From assembly GCF_000016745.1 (NCBI RefSeq), contig NC_009483.1, positions 2,220,001 through 2,252,000 on the forward strand: a stretch of DNA of 32,000 nucleotides, read 5' to 3'. This DNA is from Geotalea uraniireducens Rf4 (GTDB lineage: Bacteria; Desulfobacterota; Desulfuromonadia; Geobacterales; Geobacteraceae). The position numbers and the translations under genes are program-made. Positions 1-8,854 of this stretch are shown one piece after another. The notes beneath the pieces are model-generated. The model was not told the DNA's origin. It was given only the letters and a program-made list of their open reading frames with translations, and did no database searches. The first letter of the stretch is position 1; each line of letters opens with the position of its first letter.

Positions 1-192
1 ATCGCCAAAGAAGCTTTGAAGAGGAGAACCGGTGCAAGAGGGCTGCGCTCGATTCTGGAGAACGCCATGCTCGATATTATGTATGAAATCCCTTCGCAGG
101 TCATGGTGAAGGAGGTTGTAATCAGCGAAGATGTGATTTATAACAAAGAAAAACCGATTATAGTCTATGAAAGCGTGGCGGAATCCGCCTGA
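1..192 (+). CDS. clpX: ATP-dependent Clp protease ATP-binding subunit ClpX, C-terminal fragment (5' end off-window)
   Basis: Frame 1 is open from base 1 and reads [32 protein letters not shown]...[10 protein letters not shown], with stop TGA at 190-192. The TGARGLRS segment and tail match the ClpX C-terminus. clpX directly upstream of lon is the classic arrangement. Confidence 0.85.
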   Translation: MAKEALKRRTGARGLRSILENAMLDIMYEIPSQVMVKEVVISEDVIYNKEKPIIVYESVAESA

Positions 193-202
193 CGTATAGG
201 AT

Positions 203-2635
203 ATGTTCATGCCAGAAAAAGCAAATGCCGGTCGAAACAAGAGAGGGAATCCGACAAGGTTCCCTCTCTTTCCATTAAGAGATATAGTGATTTTCCCCCA
301 TATGGTGGTTCCGCTCTTTGTCGGTCGCGAAAAGTCCATCTTGGCGCTTGAAGCAGCCATGAATGGTAATAACAAATATATACTTCTGGCCACTCAAAAA
401 AATGCTAAGAGTGAAAACCCCCGCGAAGAAGATATCTATCGGTTAGGAACAATCTGTCAAATAATCCAACTGTTGAAGCTTCCCGATGGTACTGTTAAGG
501 TTTTGGTTGAAGGTAAACGGCGTGGCTCCATAGTTTCTTTTCTTCCTGATGCCGGTTATTTCCAGGTTGAGGTCGAGGAGGTTAGTGAGTCTAGTCCGAA
601 GAACGCGAAATTGGAAGCACTAATCCGTGGGATATACTCAACCTTTGAAAGATATGTTAAGCTGACAAATTCGATCCCTGGCGAAATAAGCAATGCGGTT
701 ACCAATATTGCAGAGCCGTCGAGGCTTGCCGACAGTATAGCTGCGCATCTGAATATAAAAGTGTCCGATAAGCAGGAAGTACTTTCAATCACTTCCCCCG
801 CAAAGCGGTTGGAGAAACTTCTTGTTTTAATGGAATCAGAAATTGAAATTTTACAGATTGAAAATAAGATTCACTCTCGTGTAAAAAAACAGATGGAGAA
901 AGCGCAGAAAGATTATTATTTGAACGAACAGATGCGCGCCATCCAGAAGGAACTTGGCAATAAGGATGATTTTAAGCAGGAACTTCGTGAACTGGAAGAG
1001 AAGATTGAGAAGCGAATATCATCAAAAGAAGCCAAGGATAAGGCATTTGTTGAACTTAAGAAGTTGAAGCTGATGTCTCCAATGTCTGCTGAAGCAGCTG
1101 TGATAAGAAACTATATTGACTGGTTGGTTTCTTTGCCTTGGGATAACTCTACTGCGGATAATAACGACATTGTAACAGCTGAAGCCGTTCTGAATGCCGA
1201 CCACTACGGACTTGACAAGGTTAAAGAGAGAATCCTCGAATATCTTTCCGTAACTTCACTCGTGAATAAAATCAACGGCCCGATACTCTGCCTGGTGGGA
1301 CCTCCCGGGGTTGGTAAAACCTCGCTGGTTCGCTCCATTGCCAAGGCTACCGGACGCAATTTCGTCAAGATGTCTCTTGGTGGGGTTCGGGATGAAGCGG
1401 AGGTTAGGGGACATCGCCGTACTTATGTTGGCGCCTTGCCAGGAAAAATTATTCAGAACATGAAAAAGGCGGGAAGCAGCAACCCGGTTTTTCTTCTGGA
1501 CGAAATTGATAAGATGAGTGCTGACTTCCGAGGCGATCCGGCTTCAGCCCTACTTGAGGTTCTTGATCCCGAACAGAATCATGAGTTCAATGATCATTTC
1601 CTTGATGTAGACTATGATCTTTCCAAGGTTATGTTCATAACTACTGCCAATTCACTTCATAATATCCCCAAACCGCTTCTTGATCGGCTGGAAGTGATTA
1701 AGCTTGATGGTTACATGGAAATGGAGAAACTTGCAATTGCGAAAGAGTATCTCGTGCCGAAACAACTGGCTGCGAATGGTCTTGAGGGAAAAAACGTCTT
1801 GATTGCAGACAGGGCAATTCTGGAGGTTATCCGCCGTTATACCCGCGAAGCAGGGGTGCGTAATCTGGAAAGGGAGATTGCACACATCTGTCGTAAGATT
1901 GCTCATATGATTGTTAAGGGAGTCAGGAAAAAACTCGCCGTCCAACTGAAGCATGTTGGTGAGTATCTTGGTGTTCCTCGCTTTAAATATGGAGTCGCTG
2001 AAGAAAAAGATATCGTGGGTGTTGTTACCGGTCTTGCCTGGACCGAAGTCGGGGGGGAGTTGCTGAACATAGAGGTAGCGGTACTTCCCGGAAAAGGTAA
2101 GCTGACCATAACCGGAAAACTTGGTGAGGTTATGCAGGAATCTGCCCAGGCAGCTATGACTTATGTTCGATCGCGAGCCCAAATCTTAGGCCTGGATCGT
2201 GATTTTTATCAGAATATGGATATCCACATCCACGTGCCTGAAGGAGCGATCCCCAAAGACGGTCCTTCAGCTGGAATTACCATGGCGACTGCAATTACTT
2301 CTGCTCTTACCTGTAAAGCGGTTCGCCGAAACATTGCTATGACAGGCGAAATAACTTTGCTTGGTCGGGTGCTACCCATAGGTGGTTTAAAGGAGAAAAT
2401 CCTGGCAGCCAGACGAGCTCAGATCAAAATCATTTTAATTCCGAAGGATAACGAAAAAGATCTTGTCGAAATACCTAAGGATCTAACATCGGGAATTGAT
2501 ATTAGGCCGGTGAGCCATATGGATGAAGTAATTGCCTATGCACTTTTGGATAAAGCCCGACTTACAGCGAATAGAGGTTTTGTCGGGGAATGTACAGACA
2601 TACCGGATGGTGCAGAAGCTGTAATAGCACATTAA
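203..2635 (+). CDS. lon: ATP-dependent Lon protease (LonA type)
   Basis: 810 aa ORF. It has an N-terminal LON substrate-binding domain, Walker [10 protein letters not shown], Walker B FLLDEIDK, and a protease domain with catalytic Ser in [14 protein letters not shown] at 209 is an alternative start. Confidence 0.97.
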   Translation: MFMPEKANAGRNKRGNPTRFPLFPLRDIVIFPHMVVPLFVGREKSILALEAAMNGNNKYILLATQKNAKSENPREEDIYRLGTICQIIQLLKLPDGTVKVLVEGKRRGSIVSFLPDAGYFQVEVEEVSESSPKNAKLEALIRGIYSTFERYVKLTNSIPGEISNAVTNIAEPSRLADSIAAHLNIKVSDKQEVLSITSPAKRLEKLLVLMESEIEILQIENKIHSRVKKQMEKAQKDYYLNEQMRAIQKELGNKDDFKQELRELEEKIEKRISSKEAKDKAFVELKKLKLMSPMSAEAAVIRNYIDWLVSLPWDNSTADNNDIVTAEAVLNADHYGLDKVKERILEYLSVTSLVNKINGPILCLVGPPGVGKTSLVRSIAKATGRNFVKMSLGGVRDEAEVRGHRRTYVGALPGKIIQNMKKAGSSNPVFLLDEIDKMSADFRGDPASALLEVLDPEQNHEFNDHFLDVDYDLSKVMFITTANSLHNIPKPLLDRLEVIKLDGYMEMEKLAIAKEYLVPKQLAANGLEGKNVLIADRAILEVIRRYTREAGVRNLEREIAHICRKIAHMIVKGVRKKLAVQLKHVGEYLGVPRFKYGVAEEKDIVGVVTGLAWTEVGGELLNIEVAVLPGKGKLTITGKLGEVMQESAQAAMTYVRSRAQILGLDRDFYQNMDIHIHVPEGAIPKDGPSAGITMATAITSALTCKAVRRNIAMTGEITLLGRVLPIGGLKEKILAARRAQIKIILIPKDNEKDLVEIPKDLTSGIDIRPVSHMDEVIAYALLDKARLTANRGFVGECTDIPDGAEAVIAH

Positions 2636-2659
2636 AAAGATATTTATGGAAAAAACAGC

Positions 2660-2689
2660 TTGACACAAATTATGATATTCTGGTATAAG
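2660..2689 (+). promoter_or_regulatory. Putative sigma70 promoter for the HU gene
   Basis: TTGACA (2660-2665), an 18 nt spacer ending in TG-n (extended -10), then TATAAG (2684-2689). It lies about 50 nt upstream of the HU start. Confidence 0.45.
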
Positions 2690-2739
2690 GTGTGTCTGCT
2701 TTGTGATGAATTATTGAGAAGGAAGTTTGGAGGTAAATC

Positions 2740-3015
2740 ATGACTAAAACTGATCTGGTAAACGCTGTTGCAGAAATTGCCGGTATAACAAAAGTTGATG
2801 CAGAAAAATCTGTTAAAGCTTTTCTTGAGGCAATTACTGATTGTTTGACAAAAGGTGATAAACTTACACTTGTAGGATTCGGGACATTCAGTACTGCCAA
2901 GAGGGCTGCTAGAAAAGGTCAGAATCCACAAACTGGTAAAAAAATCGATATTCCTGCTTCTGTAAATCCTAAATTTAAAGCAGGTAATACCTTGAAAACC
3001 TTGGTAAACGCCTAA
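2740..3015 (+). CDS. hup: DNA-binding protein HU (histone-like)
   Basis: 91 aa reading MTKTDLVNAVAE...GFGTFSTAKRAARKGQNPQTGKKIDIPASVNPKFKAGNTLK, the canonical HU/IHF fold signature. GGAGG RBS at 2729-2733. Confidence 0.93.
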   Translation: MTKTDLVNAVAEIAGITKVDAEKSVKAFLEAITDCLTKGDKLTLVGFGTFSTAKRAARKGQNPQTGKKIDIPASVNPKFKAGNTLKTLVNA

Positions 3016-3057
3016 ATAAATTCAGTTTAATTGTAACGTATACTGAATAGCTTGCAA

Positions 3058-3134
<77 letters not shown>

Positions 3135-3141
3135 TCATTTC

Positions 3142-3217
3142 GGGCGAATAGCTCAGCTGGGAGAGCGCCAGCCTTACAAGCTGGATGTCACAGGTTCGAT
3201 CCCTGTTTCGCCCACCA
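3142..3217 (+). tRNA. tRNA-Val (anticodon TAC)
   Basis: Acceptor GGGCGAA/TTCGCCC, D-arm GCTC-AGCTGGGA-GAGC, anticodon stem CCAGC/GCTGG with loop CTTACAA, T-arm ACAGG-TTCGATC-CCTGT, encoded CCA. Confidence 0.92.
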
Positions 3218-3223
3218 TTAATA

Positions 3224-3259
3224 AATCGGGAGAAAATTGTCTCCCGATTTATCTTTTTA
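3224..3259 (+). terminator. Rho-independent terminator between tRNA-Val and the second tRNA-Asp
   Basis: Perfect 10 bp stem AATCGGGAGA (3224-3233) / TCTCCCGATT (3240-3249), followed by TATCTTTTT. Confidence 0.6.
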
Positions 3260-3288
3260 ATGTTTAATGCAAATTGTACGTTTAATAC

Positions 3289-3365
<77 letters not shown>

Positions 3366-3367
3366 CT

Positions 3368-3409
3368 AAAAATAGAAAGCCATGTATTATACATGGCTTT
3401 TTCTATTTC
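3368..3409 (+). terminator. Rho-independent terminator after the tRNA cluster
   Basis: Long hairpin AAAAATAGAAAGCCATGTA / TACATGGCTTTTTCTATTT with a tiny loop and a T-rich 3' arm. Confidence 0.65.
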
Positions 3410-3665
3410 AACCCCAGCACTTTGCATGCCTGCATGCCCTTTCTGTCGGATTCTCATCAGTCCTTTCACTTGACTTAGAAGTCTAAAATCGTTTATTCTG
3501 AAACATAAATTAAATTGTATTTTCTACACAATAATTTTTTATTGTTCTCGTTGAATCTTTTTTTAATTACCAGATTTGATGTTTTGGGGGAAATTAGATG
3601 ATAACGAGAAGTGCGTCTGCTCATTATGGCATTGTTCTTTGTTTTTATTGTAAGTCAGAGAGACG

Positions 3666-4412
3666 TTGTTGATTAAGGGGGCTATTTTGAAGGCAGTAGT
3701 TGTAATCCCGACCTACAACGAGCGAGATAATATTGAGAGGCTTACCACAGAAGTACTGGCAAAAGATAGCTCTATACATATTTTGATTGTTGACGATAAT
3801 TCCCCCGATGGTACTGGTGAATTGGCAGACGGGATGGCCGCTGTCAATGATCGAATTCATGTTCTCCATCGTCAGGGAAAGCTTGGTCTGGGTTCTGCCT
3901 ATCGAGACGGGTTTCGGGTTGCCCTTGAGCAGGGGGCTGATTATATCGTTGAGATGGATGCGGATTTTTCCCACGATCCTGAAATTCTTCCCCGCTTTTT
4001 TGAAAAAATGTCAGAGTATGACTTATTAATAGGTTCCCGCTATTTAAATGGTGTAAGTGTTGTTAATTGGCCATTACGTCGCCTTATGCTCAGTTATTTT
4101 GCCAGCGTATATACGCGGATCATTACCGGTCTTAAAATCTCTGACTGCACAAGCGGGTTTAAGTGTTTTAGTCGAAAGGTTTTAGAATCCATAGACATGA
4201 GTAAGATCCGTTCTGATGGATATTCATTTCAGATCGAGATGAATTACCGCTGCGTTGAGAACGGCTTTCGTGTTGGTGAGATTCCCATCATATTTATAGA
4301 CAGGCATGCCGGTTCATCAAAAATGTCGAAGAAAATTGTACGAGAAGCGGTATTTATGGTTTGGAAGTTGAAGCTTGGTTCACTTTTTCATAAGTTTTTT
4401 CATAGGGGATAA
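3666..4412 (+). CDS. GT2-family polyprenol/dolichol-phosphate mannosyltransferase-like glycosyltransferase
   Basis: VVIPTYNERDNI, IVDDNSPDGT, EMDADFSHDP and SDCTSGFKCF are the Dpm1/Ppm1-type GT2 motifs. The true start is probably TTG 3687 (MKAVVVIPTYNE), which follows an AAGGGGG RBS at 3675-3681. Confidence 0.88.
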   Translation: MLIKGAILKAVVVIPTYNERDNIERLTTEVLAKDSSIHILIVDDNSPDGTGELADGMAAVNDRIHVLHRQGKLGLGSAYRDGFRVALEQGADYIVEMDADFSHDPEILPRFFEKMSEYDLLIGSRYLNGVSVVNWPLRRLMLSYFASVYTRIITGLKISDCTSGFKCFSRKVLESIDMSKIRSDGYSFQIEMNYRCVENGFRVGEIPIIFIDRHAGSSKMSKKIVREAVFMVWKLKLGSLFHKFFHRG

Positions 4413-4413
4413 A

Positions 4414-4599
4414 ATGATATCCGAAGCGTGGGCACTTGTATGTCTTGCCGGTTTCTATGGATGGATACTGTCAACAATAGGGTTCATTTTTAAGTCTTTT
4501 CCAGTTAAAGGTGTTTTTCATGGTAAGTCTGCAGCAGGATGGGGCGGTTCCGTCGTTATCTTCTATATAATCTGGTTGGCAGGAATGTTCAACGCTTGA
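4414..4599 (+). CDS. Small hydrophobic membrane protein (about 61 aa, two predicted TM helices)
   Basis: Internal ATG 4414 of track ORF 4375-4599, 1 nt after the GT2 stop and preceded by AGGGGA. The sequence MISEAWALVCLAGFYGWILSTIGFIF...VVIFYIIWLAGMFNA has two hydrophobic spans. No family recognised. Confidence 0.45.
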   Translation: MISEAWALVCLAGFYGWILSTIGFIFKSFPVKGVFHGKSAAGWGGSVVIFYIIWLAGMFNA

Positions 4600-4613
4600 G
4601 TGGGAGGACCATT

Positions 4614-5645
4614 TTGTACTCCAGACTGTTTCTTGTATTAGTGTTTTTTACCATTTTCGGCTGTACCACTGTTGAACCACTCGTACTGCGAGATACTAAG
4701 ATTGATCTTGCATGGCCACTCCCTCCAAACTCCCCCCGGATAAGATTCCTCCGCACGATAAATGGTCCAGATAATATTATTACCGCTCCTGGAAAGGTGC
4801 AGCATTTATTCGAGATGGTAACAGGTGAAAGTAGACTTAAGGTTGATTTTGATGCGCCCTATGGCATCACCGGAGATGGAGAATCTGTTCTATATATAGC
4901 AGATACAGGTGTCGGTCTTGTTCATAGGTACGATTTAATCAACAGAGAGGTTGGTTATATTGTTCAAGCAGGAGATGAAGAAATGTCCAGCCCCGTTGGA
5001 GTGGCTGTTGATGGTGAAAAAAATCTTTATGTTGCTGATTCTGTGAATGCTAAAGTCTACAAATATAATAAGAAGGGACAGTTTCTTAGGGAATTAAAAT
5101 ATGAAGCAGGATTTAAAAGGCCTGCCGGTATAGCGGTGAATAGCCGAAATGAAAAATTTATTGTGGATGTGCTGGCACATAAATTGTATATTTTTGGTGA
5201 GGATGATCGATTTATACGTGACTTTCCCAAAATGAAGAAGGGCGAAGAGCTTAATTATCCGTCTAATGTTGCTATCGACCGTGCAGATAATGTTTATGTC
5301 ACCGATTCGATGAATTTTACCATTAAGGTGTACAACCGTGAAGGGGATCTGCAAAGGACTATCGGTCAAATTGGCGATTCACCCGGTTCTTTCGCGAGAC
5401 CTAAAGGCATTGCGGTAGACAGCGATCAACAAATATATGTGGTTGATGCAACCCTTGACAATTTTCAGATATTCAATCAAAAAGGAAATCTTCTGCAACT
5501 CATAGGCAAGAACGGTGGAGGTGCTGGCGAATTTTATCTGCCGAGCGGCATATATATTGACAAGCATGATCGTATATTTGTTACCGACACCTATAATCGG
5601 AGAATTCAGGTATTCCAATACCTGAAAGAAGGTGGGAAACTGTGA
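4614..5645 (+). CDS. NHL-repeat (six-bladed beta-propeller) lipoprotein
   Basis: Track ORF 4539-5645. The likely start is TTG 4614 after a GGGAGGA RBS, giving MYSRLFLVLVFFTIFGC with lipobox IFGC. Six NHL-type repeats follow the pattern P.GIAVD...IYV.D..N..I.V. Confidence 0.85.
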   Translation: MYSRLFLVLVFFTIFGCTTVEPLVLRDTKIDLAWPLPPNSPRIRFLRTINGPDNIITAPGKVQHLFEMVTGESRLKVDFDAPYGITGDGESVLYIADTGVGLVHRYDLINREVGYIVQAGDEEMSSPVGVAVDGEKNLYVADSVNAKVYKYNKKGQFLRELKYEAGFKRPAGIAVNSRNEKFIVDVLAHKLYIFGEDDRFIRDFPKMKKGEELNYPSNVAIDRADNVYVTDSMNFTIKVYNREGDLQRTIGQIGDSPGSFARPKGIAVDSDQQIYVVDATLDNFQIFNQKGNLLQLIGKNGGGAGEFYLPSGIYIDKHDRIFVTDTYNRRIQVFQYLKEGGKL

Positions 5646-6391
5646 AGAAAACATTTACACTACTAATTATTATAACCTTGTCCGTCTTTTCCTTGTTGCC
5701 ATCTGCAAGTTTTGCCTTGTATGGTCCGAAGATTACGGAAATCGGGAATAAGCATAATTTATCCTATGGCAATTCAAGCGTAACCTATAAAGCAAGCGAC
5801 CCTAACGATCCGCGCGGGCGACAGATTTGTATTTTTTGTCATACACCGCATAATGCTGTATCAACACGCTCTCTTTGGAACAGGAGAGATACAACACAGT
5901 CCTTTGGCCATTACTCTTCTAGTGGTCTTCACATTAACGAAGAACTGAAAGCCGCGAGCGGTTATAATGAACCAAACGGTTCTTCCCGTCTCTGTTTAAG
6001 CTGCCACGACGGGGTCATGGCCCTTGGCGCCGTAGTTAATGGTGGTGGGAGCGATATTGCCATCAATGGCAGTACCAATACCGCCATGGGGGGAGCAAAT
6101 GTTTTTGACCGTGTTAAGATGACTAATTCTCATCACCCTGTTTCGTTTAACTATGCCGGCACTGTGCAATCGGCTTTGGCTGTCATAGGTGATTACAAAC
6201 TTCCGCCACCTGGCAGTAGAGTAAAACTTGACAAAGAGGGGCGAATGCAATGCACCACATGTCATGATCCCCATCAGACACGTGATACGGCTCTCCCCTT
6301 TTGGGTTTGGGAGGACACTGGGGATATTAACAACTCATCGCATGATGCAGTTTGCAAGACATGCCATAATGTTGTTTACCCCACATTTTAA
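5642..6391 (+). CDS. Periplasmic/secreted tetrahaem c-type cytochrome (doubled-CXXCH type)
   Basis: Signal peptide MKKTFTLLIIITLSVFSLLPSASFA. Four CXXCH motifs: CIFCH, CLSCH, CTTCH and CKTCH, with CxxCHxPH...CLSCHDG spacing. The GTG start overlaps the NHL gene stop by 4 nt (GTGA). Confidence 0.88.
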   Translation: MKKTFTLLIIITLSVFSLLPSASFALYGPKITEIGNKHNLSYGNSSVTYKASDPNDPRGRQICIFCHTPHNAVSTRSLWNRRDTTQSFGHYSSSGLHINEELKAASGYNEPNGSSRLCLSCHDGVMALGAVVNGGGSDIAINGSTNTAMGGANVFDRVKMTNSHHPVSFNYAGTVQSALAVIGDYKLPPPGSRVKLDKEGRMQCTTCHDPHQTRDTALPFWVWEDTGDINNSSHDAVCKTCHNVVYPTF

Positions 6392-6404
6392 AGGATAATA
6401 CTTA

Positions 6405-7502
6405 ATGTCATTGCATAGCATTCTTATAGCTTTTTTGATGATGTTTATTACAACGCCCATATTGGCTGTGGAATCCAATCAACCATCTCACCTTGATGTT
6501 CATAACGTTCCCAAAGGTTGTGCAACATGCCATTACGGGGTTAATTTTAAAACGGGTGGCGGACCGAATGTCTGTCTTATTTGTCATGGCGATCCGTCAA
6601 AATTGAAGCAGGAGTATAAATTTATGCCTAAAGGGTTTGCTCCCCAAGGCATTAACCTTAAAAACATTGAGACTGAATTCAGGAAATTATATCATCACCC
6701 GACTTTTGATGGGGCAGGAAAGCACAAGGTGAATGAGGTATTGCCGGAAATTGATGTAAGAGCTTTGCGTCATGCCGTGTGTGTTGATTGTCACAATCCC
6801 CACAACGTCTCCGCCGCTAACAAATTTGCCGGAATCAAAGATAAAAGGATGGGGAACTTACCGGTTGCAATTTCCAGCGAATATGAGCTTTGTTATAAAT
6901 GTCATGGTGATAGCGCAAATCTGCCTGGTCGTTCCACCAACAAACGGGTTGAATTTTCAAAAAATAACCCTTCTTTTCATCCTGTCGAGGCCGAGGGGAA
7001 AAATGCTGCCGTTGTCAGTCTGACAAAGCCTTATAAAGAAAAGAAACTTAGTCCTGGCGATGTTTCAATAATATCCTGCAGCGACTGCCACGGAAGTGAT
7101 AATTCATCTGCTCCCCAAGGCCCTCATGGGTCTAATTATGAATACATACTTGTGGATAATTTCTCGATTAAAGATAATCAACCGGAAAATTCATTTAATT
7201 ATGCCTTGTGCTATCGTTGCCATAGTCGAACCAGTATCCTGAGTGACGAAAGCTTTAAATATCATTCGCTTCATATTAGTGGTCGAACTGGTATTAATGT
7301 TTCCGTGAGTGGCACATCCTGCTATACATGCCACAGTTCTCATGGCAGTACGGAAAATAAATATCTGATCAGGTTTAATAAGGATGTTGTCTTTCCGAAC
7401 TCCAGGGGGGTGCTGAAATTTGTGGAAAAAGGAGTGTCTACGTTTCGTGGGGAGTGTTATCTAACCTGTCATGGTGTAGATCACGATCCAAAGAAATACT
7501 AA
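6405..7502 (+). CDS. Multihaem c-type cytochrome (7 CXXCH + 1 CX3CH)
   Basis: N-terminal signal/anchor. Motifs are CATCH, CLICH, CVDCH, CYKCH, CSDCH, CYRCH and CYTCH, plus CYLTCH at the C-terminus. Confidence 0.88.
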   Translation: MSLHSILIAFLMMFITTPILAVESNQPSHLDVHNVPKGCATCHYGVNFKTGGGPNVCLICHGDPSKLKQEYKFMPKGFAPQGINLKNIETEFRKLYHHPTFDGAGKHKVNEVLPEIDVRALRHAVCVDCHNPHNVSAANKFAGIKDKRMGNLPVAISSEYELCYKCHGDSANLPGRSTNKRVEFSKNNPSFHPVEAEGKNAAVVSLTKPYKEKKLSPGDVSIISCSDCHGSDNSSAPQGPHGSNYEYILVDNFSIKDNQPENSFNYALCYRCHSRTSILSDESFKYHSLHISGRTGINVSVSGTSCYTCHSSHGSTENKYLIRFNKDVVFPNSRGVLKFVEKGVSTFRGECYLTCHGVDHDPKKY

Positions 7503-7571
7503 ATTTACTTGTACTATATGACGTTTTGTAAATTGTTGTTGAAATGTCGTTAATAAATGGGATTACAAACT

Positions 7572-7602
7572 AAAACCATAGGTTTCTCAACCTATGGTTT
7601 TT
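7572..7602 (+). terminator. Rho-independent terminator closing the GT2-NHL-cytochrome operon
   Basis: Perfect 13 bp stem AAAACCATAGGTT / AACCTATGGTTTT with loop TCTC, running into a T tract. Confidence 0.7.
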
Positions 7603-7645
7603 ACTTGTTTTAAATTCAATTATTTTATGTTAAATTTATATCTCT

Positions 7646-8854
7646 ATGGCAATTTATAAGTGCAAAATAGGCTCATCAGACGGCAGAATTCTTGAAAAGG
7701 AAATTGAGGCCGTCAATACGGAAATTCTCAAGCAAAGTCTTGAAGAACAAGGTTATTTTGTATTTGAAATAAAGAAAAAACCCCTGCAGTTTCTTTTGGA
7801 AAGCGGCATTACTCGTCGTAAGGTAGACAATAAGGATCTTCTTACGTTCAATCAGGAACTGTTGGTGCTTATTAAAGCTGGACTACCCATAATACAGGCT
7901 TTAGATACAATTTTAGAGAGGGTTGAAAAAGGAAAGCTCGGAGAGATATTAAGTGAGATACGCGAAGATGTTAAGGGTGGAGCAGCGTTATCTGTTGCTT
8001 TTGAAAAACATCCCAAGGTTTTTCCGCATCTCTATATCGCATCTATTCAAGCCGGCGAAAGAACCGGCGATTTACCGCAAACCATAAGAAGATACATTGC
8101 TTTTCTCAAGAAAGCCGAGGGTTTCCGAAAAAAAGTGTTGTCTGCCTTGGTTTACCCTGCCATAGTTATTACTGTTGCTTTTGTCGCCGTTACGCTGTTG
8201 TTGGTCTACGTGGTTCCCACATTCAGCCAGGTATACGCCGATTCCGGTTCAAGCTTGCCTGTGCCAACTCAGATGCTGATTGCCTTTACGGGTATTCTCA
8301 AAAAATTCTTTTGGGCCGGTGTAGGTCTTTTTATTTTGGCAATTTTTATTTTTAGACGTTGGGCTGAGACTGAACGCGGGAGATATAGGGTTGACGCTTT
8401 GCTGATAAAGGTACCTTTTATTGGTCAGCTTCTCATTAAGTACGCCGTGTCAAGTTTTATGCGAACGTTGGCAACGGTATTGGGGAGTGGCATACCGATT
8501 ATAGAATCGTTGAAGATGTCCGTCGGAACTCTCAATAATATGGTTTTGGAACGTAAGCTGCTGGAAGCGGTCGTAAGAGTGGAAGAGGGCGTTCAATTGT
8601 CAACTGCATTGGAAGGTGCTAAAATTATGCCGCCGCTTGCGCTTCGTATGCTAGGTGTTGGAGAAACCACAGGTTCTTTGGAAGAAATGCTGGGTGATAT
8701 CTCGGATTATTTCGAAGAGGAAATCGAACGTCATCTGAACGTATTAACCACTTCAATAGAGCCGGCAATTATGATAATTATGGGTGTTGTAATCGGTGTT
8801 ATTATTGTAACTATGTATCTTCCTATATTCAAAATCGCAGGAACTGTCGGATAA
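7646..8854 (+). CDS. gspF: Type II secretion / type IV pilus inner-membrane platform protein (GspF/PilC family)
   Basis: 402 aa with the duplicated T2SSF domain architecture, three TM segments and the typical N-terminus M.IYKCK..SSDGRILEKEIEA. Confidence 0.93.
   Translation: MAIYKCKIGSSDGRILEKEIEAVNTEILKQSLEEQGYFVFEIKKKPLQFLLESGITRRKVDNKDLLTFNQELLVLIKAGLPIIQALDTILERVEKGKLGEILSEIREDVKGGAALSVAFEKHPKVFPHLYIASIQAGERTGDLPQTIRRYIAFLKKAEGFRKKVLSALVYPAIVITVAFVAVTLLLVYVVPTFSQVYADSGSSLPVPTQMLIAFTGILKKFFWAGVGLFILAIFIFRRWAETERGRYRVDALLIKVPFIGQLLIKYAVSSFMRTLATVLGSGIPIIESLKMSVGTLNNMVLERKLLEAVVRVEEGVQLSTALEGAKIMPPLALRMLGVGETTGSLEEMLGDISDYFEEEIERHLNVLTTSIEPAIMIIMGVVIGVIIVTMYLPIFKIAGTVG

Noticed and set aside
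1652-2182. 176 aa minus-strand ORF inside lon (and the smaller ORFs 556-792, 1022-1204, 1903-2109)
   Set aside because: They are antisense to the conserved Lon AAA+ region and have no motifs or RBS.
4375-4613. N-terminal extensions of track ORFs 4375-4599 and 4539-5645
   Set aside because: The extensions overlap upstream genes and lack an RBS. Internal starts at 4414 (ATG after AGGGGA) and 4614 (TTG after GGGAGGA, giving a clean lipoprotein signal) explain the data better.
5173-5187. Sigma54-like TGGCAC-N5-TTGT inside the NHL lipoprotein gene
   Set aside because: It lies mid-CDS, the -12 element is imperfect and no downstream gene start is nearby. It is most likely a chance match.
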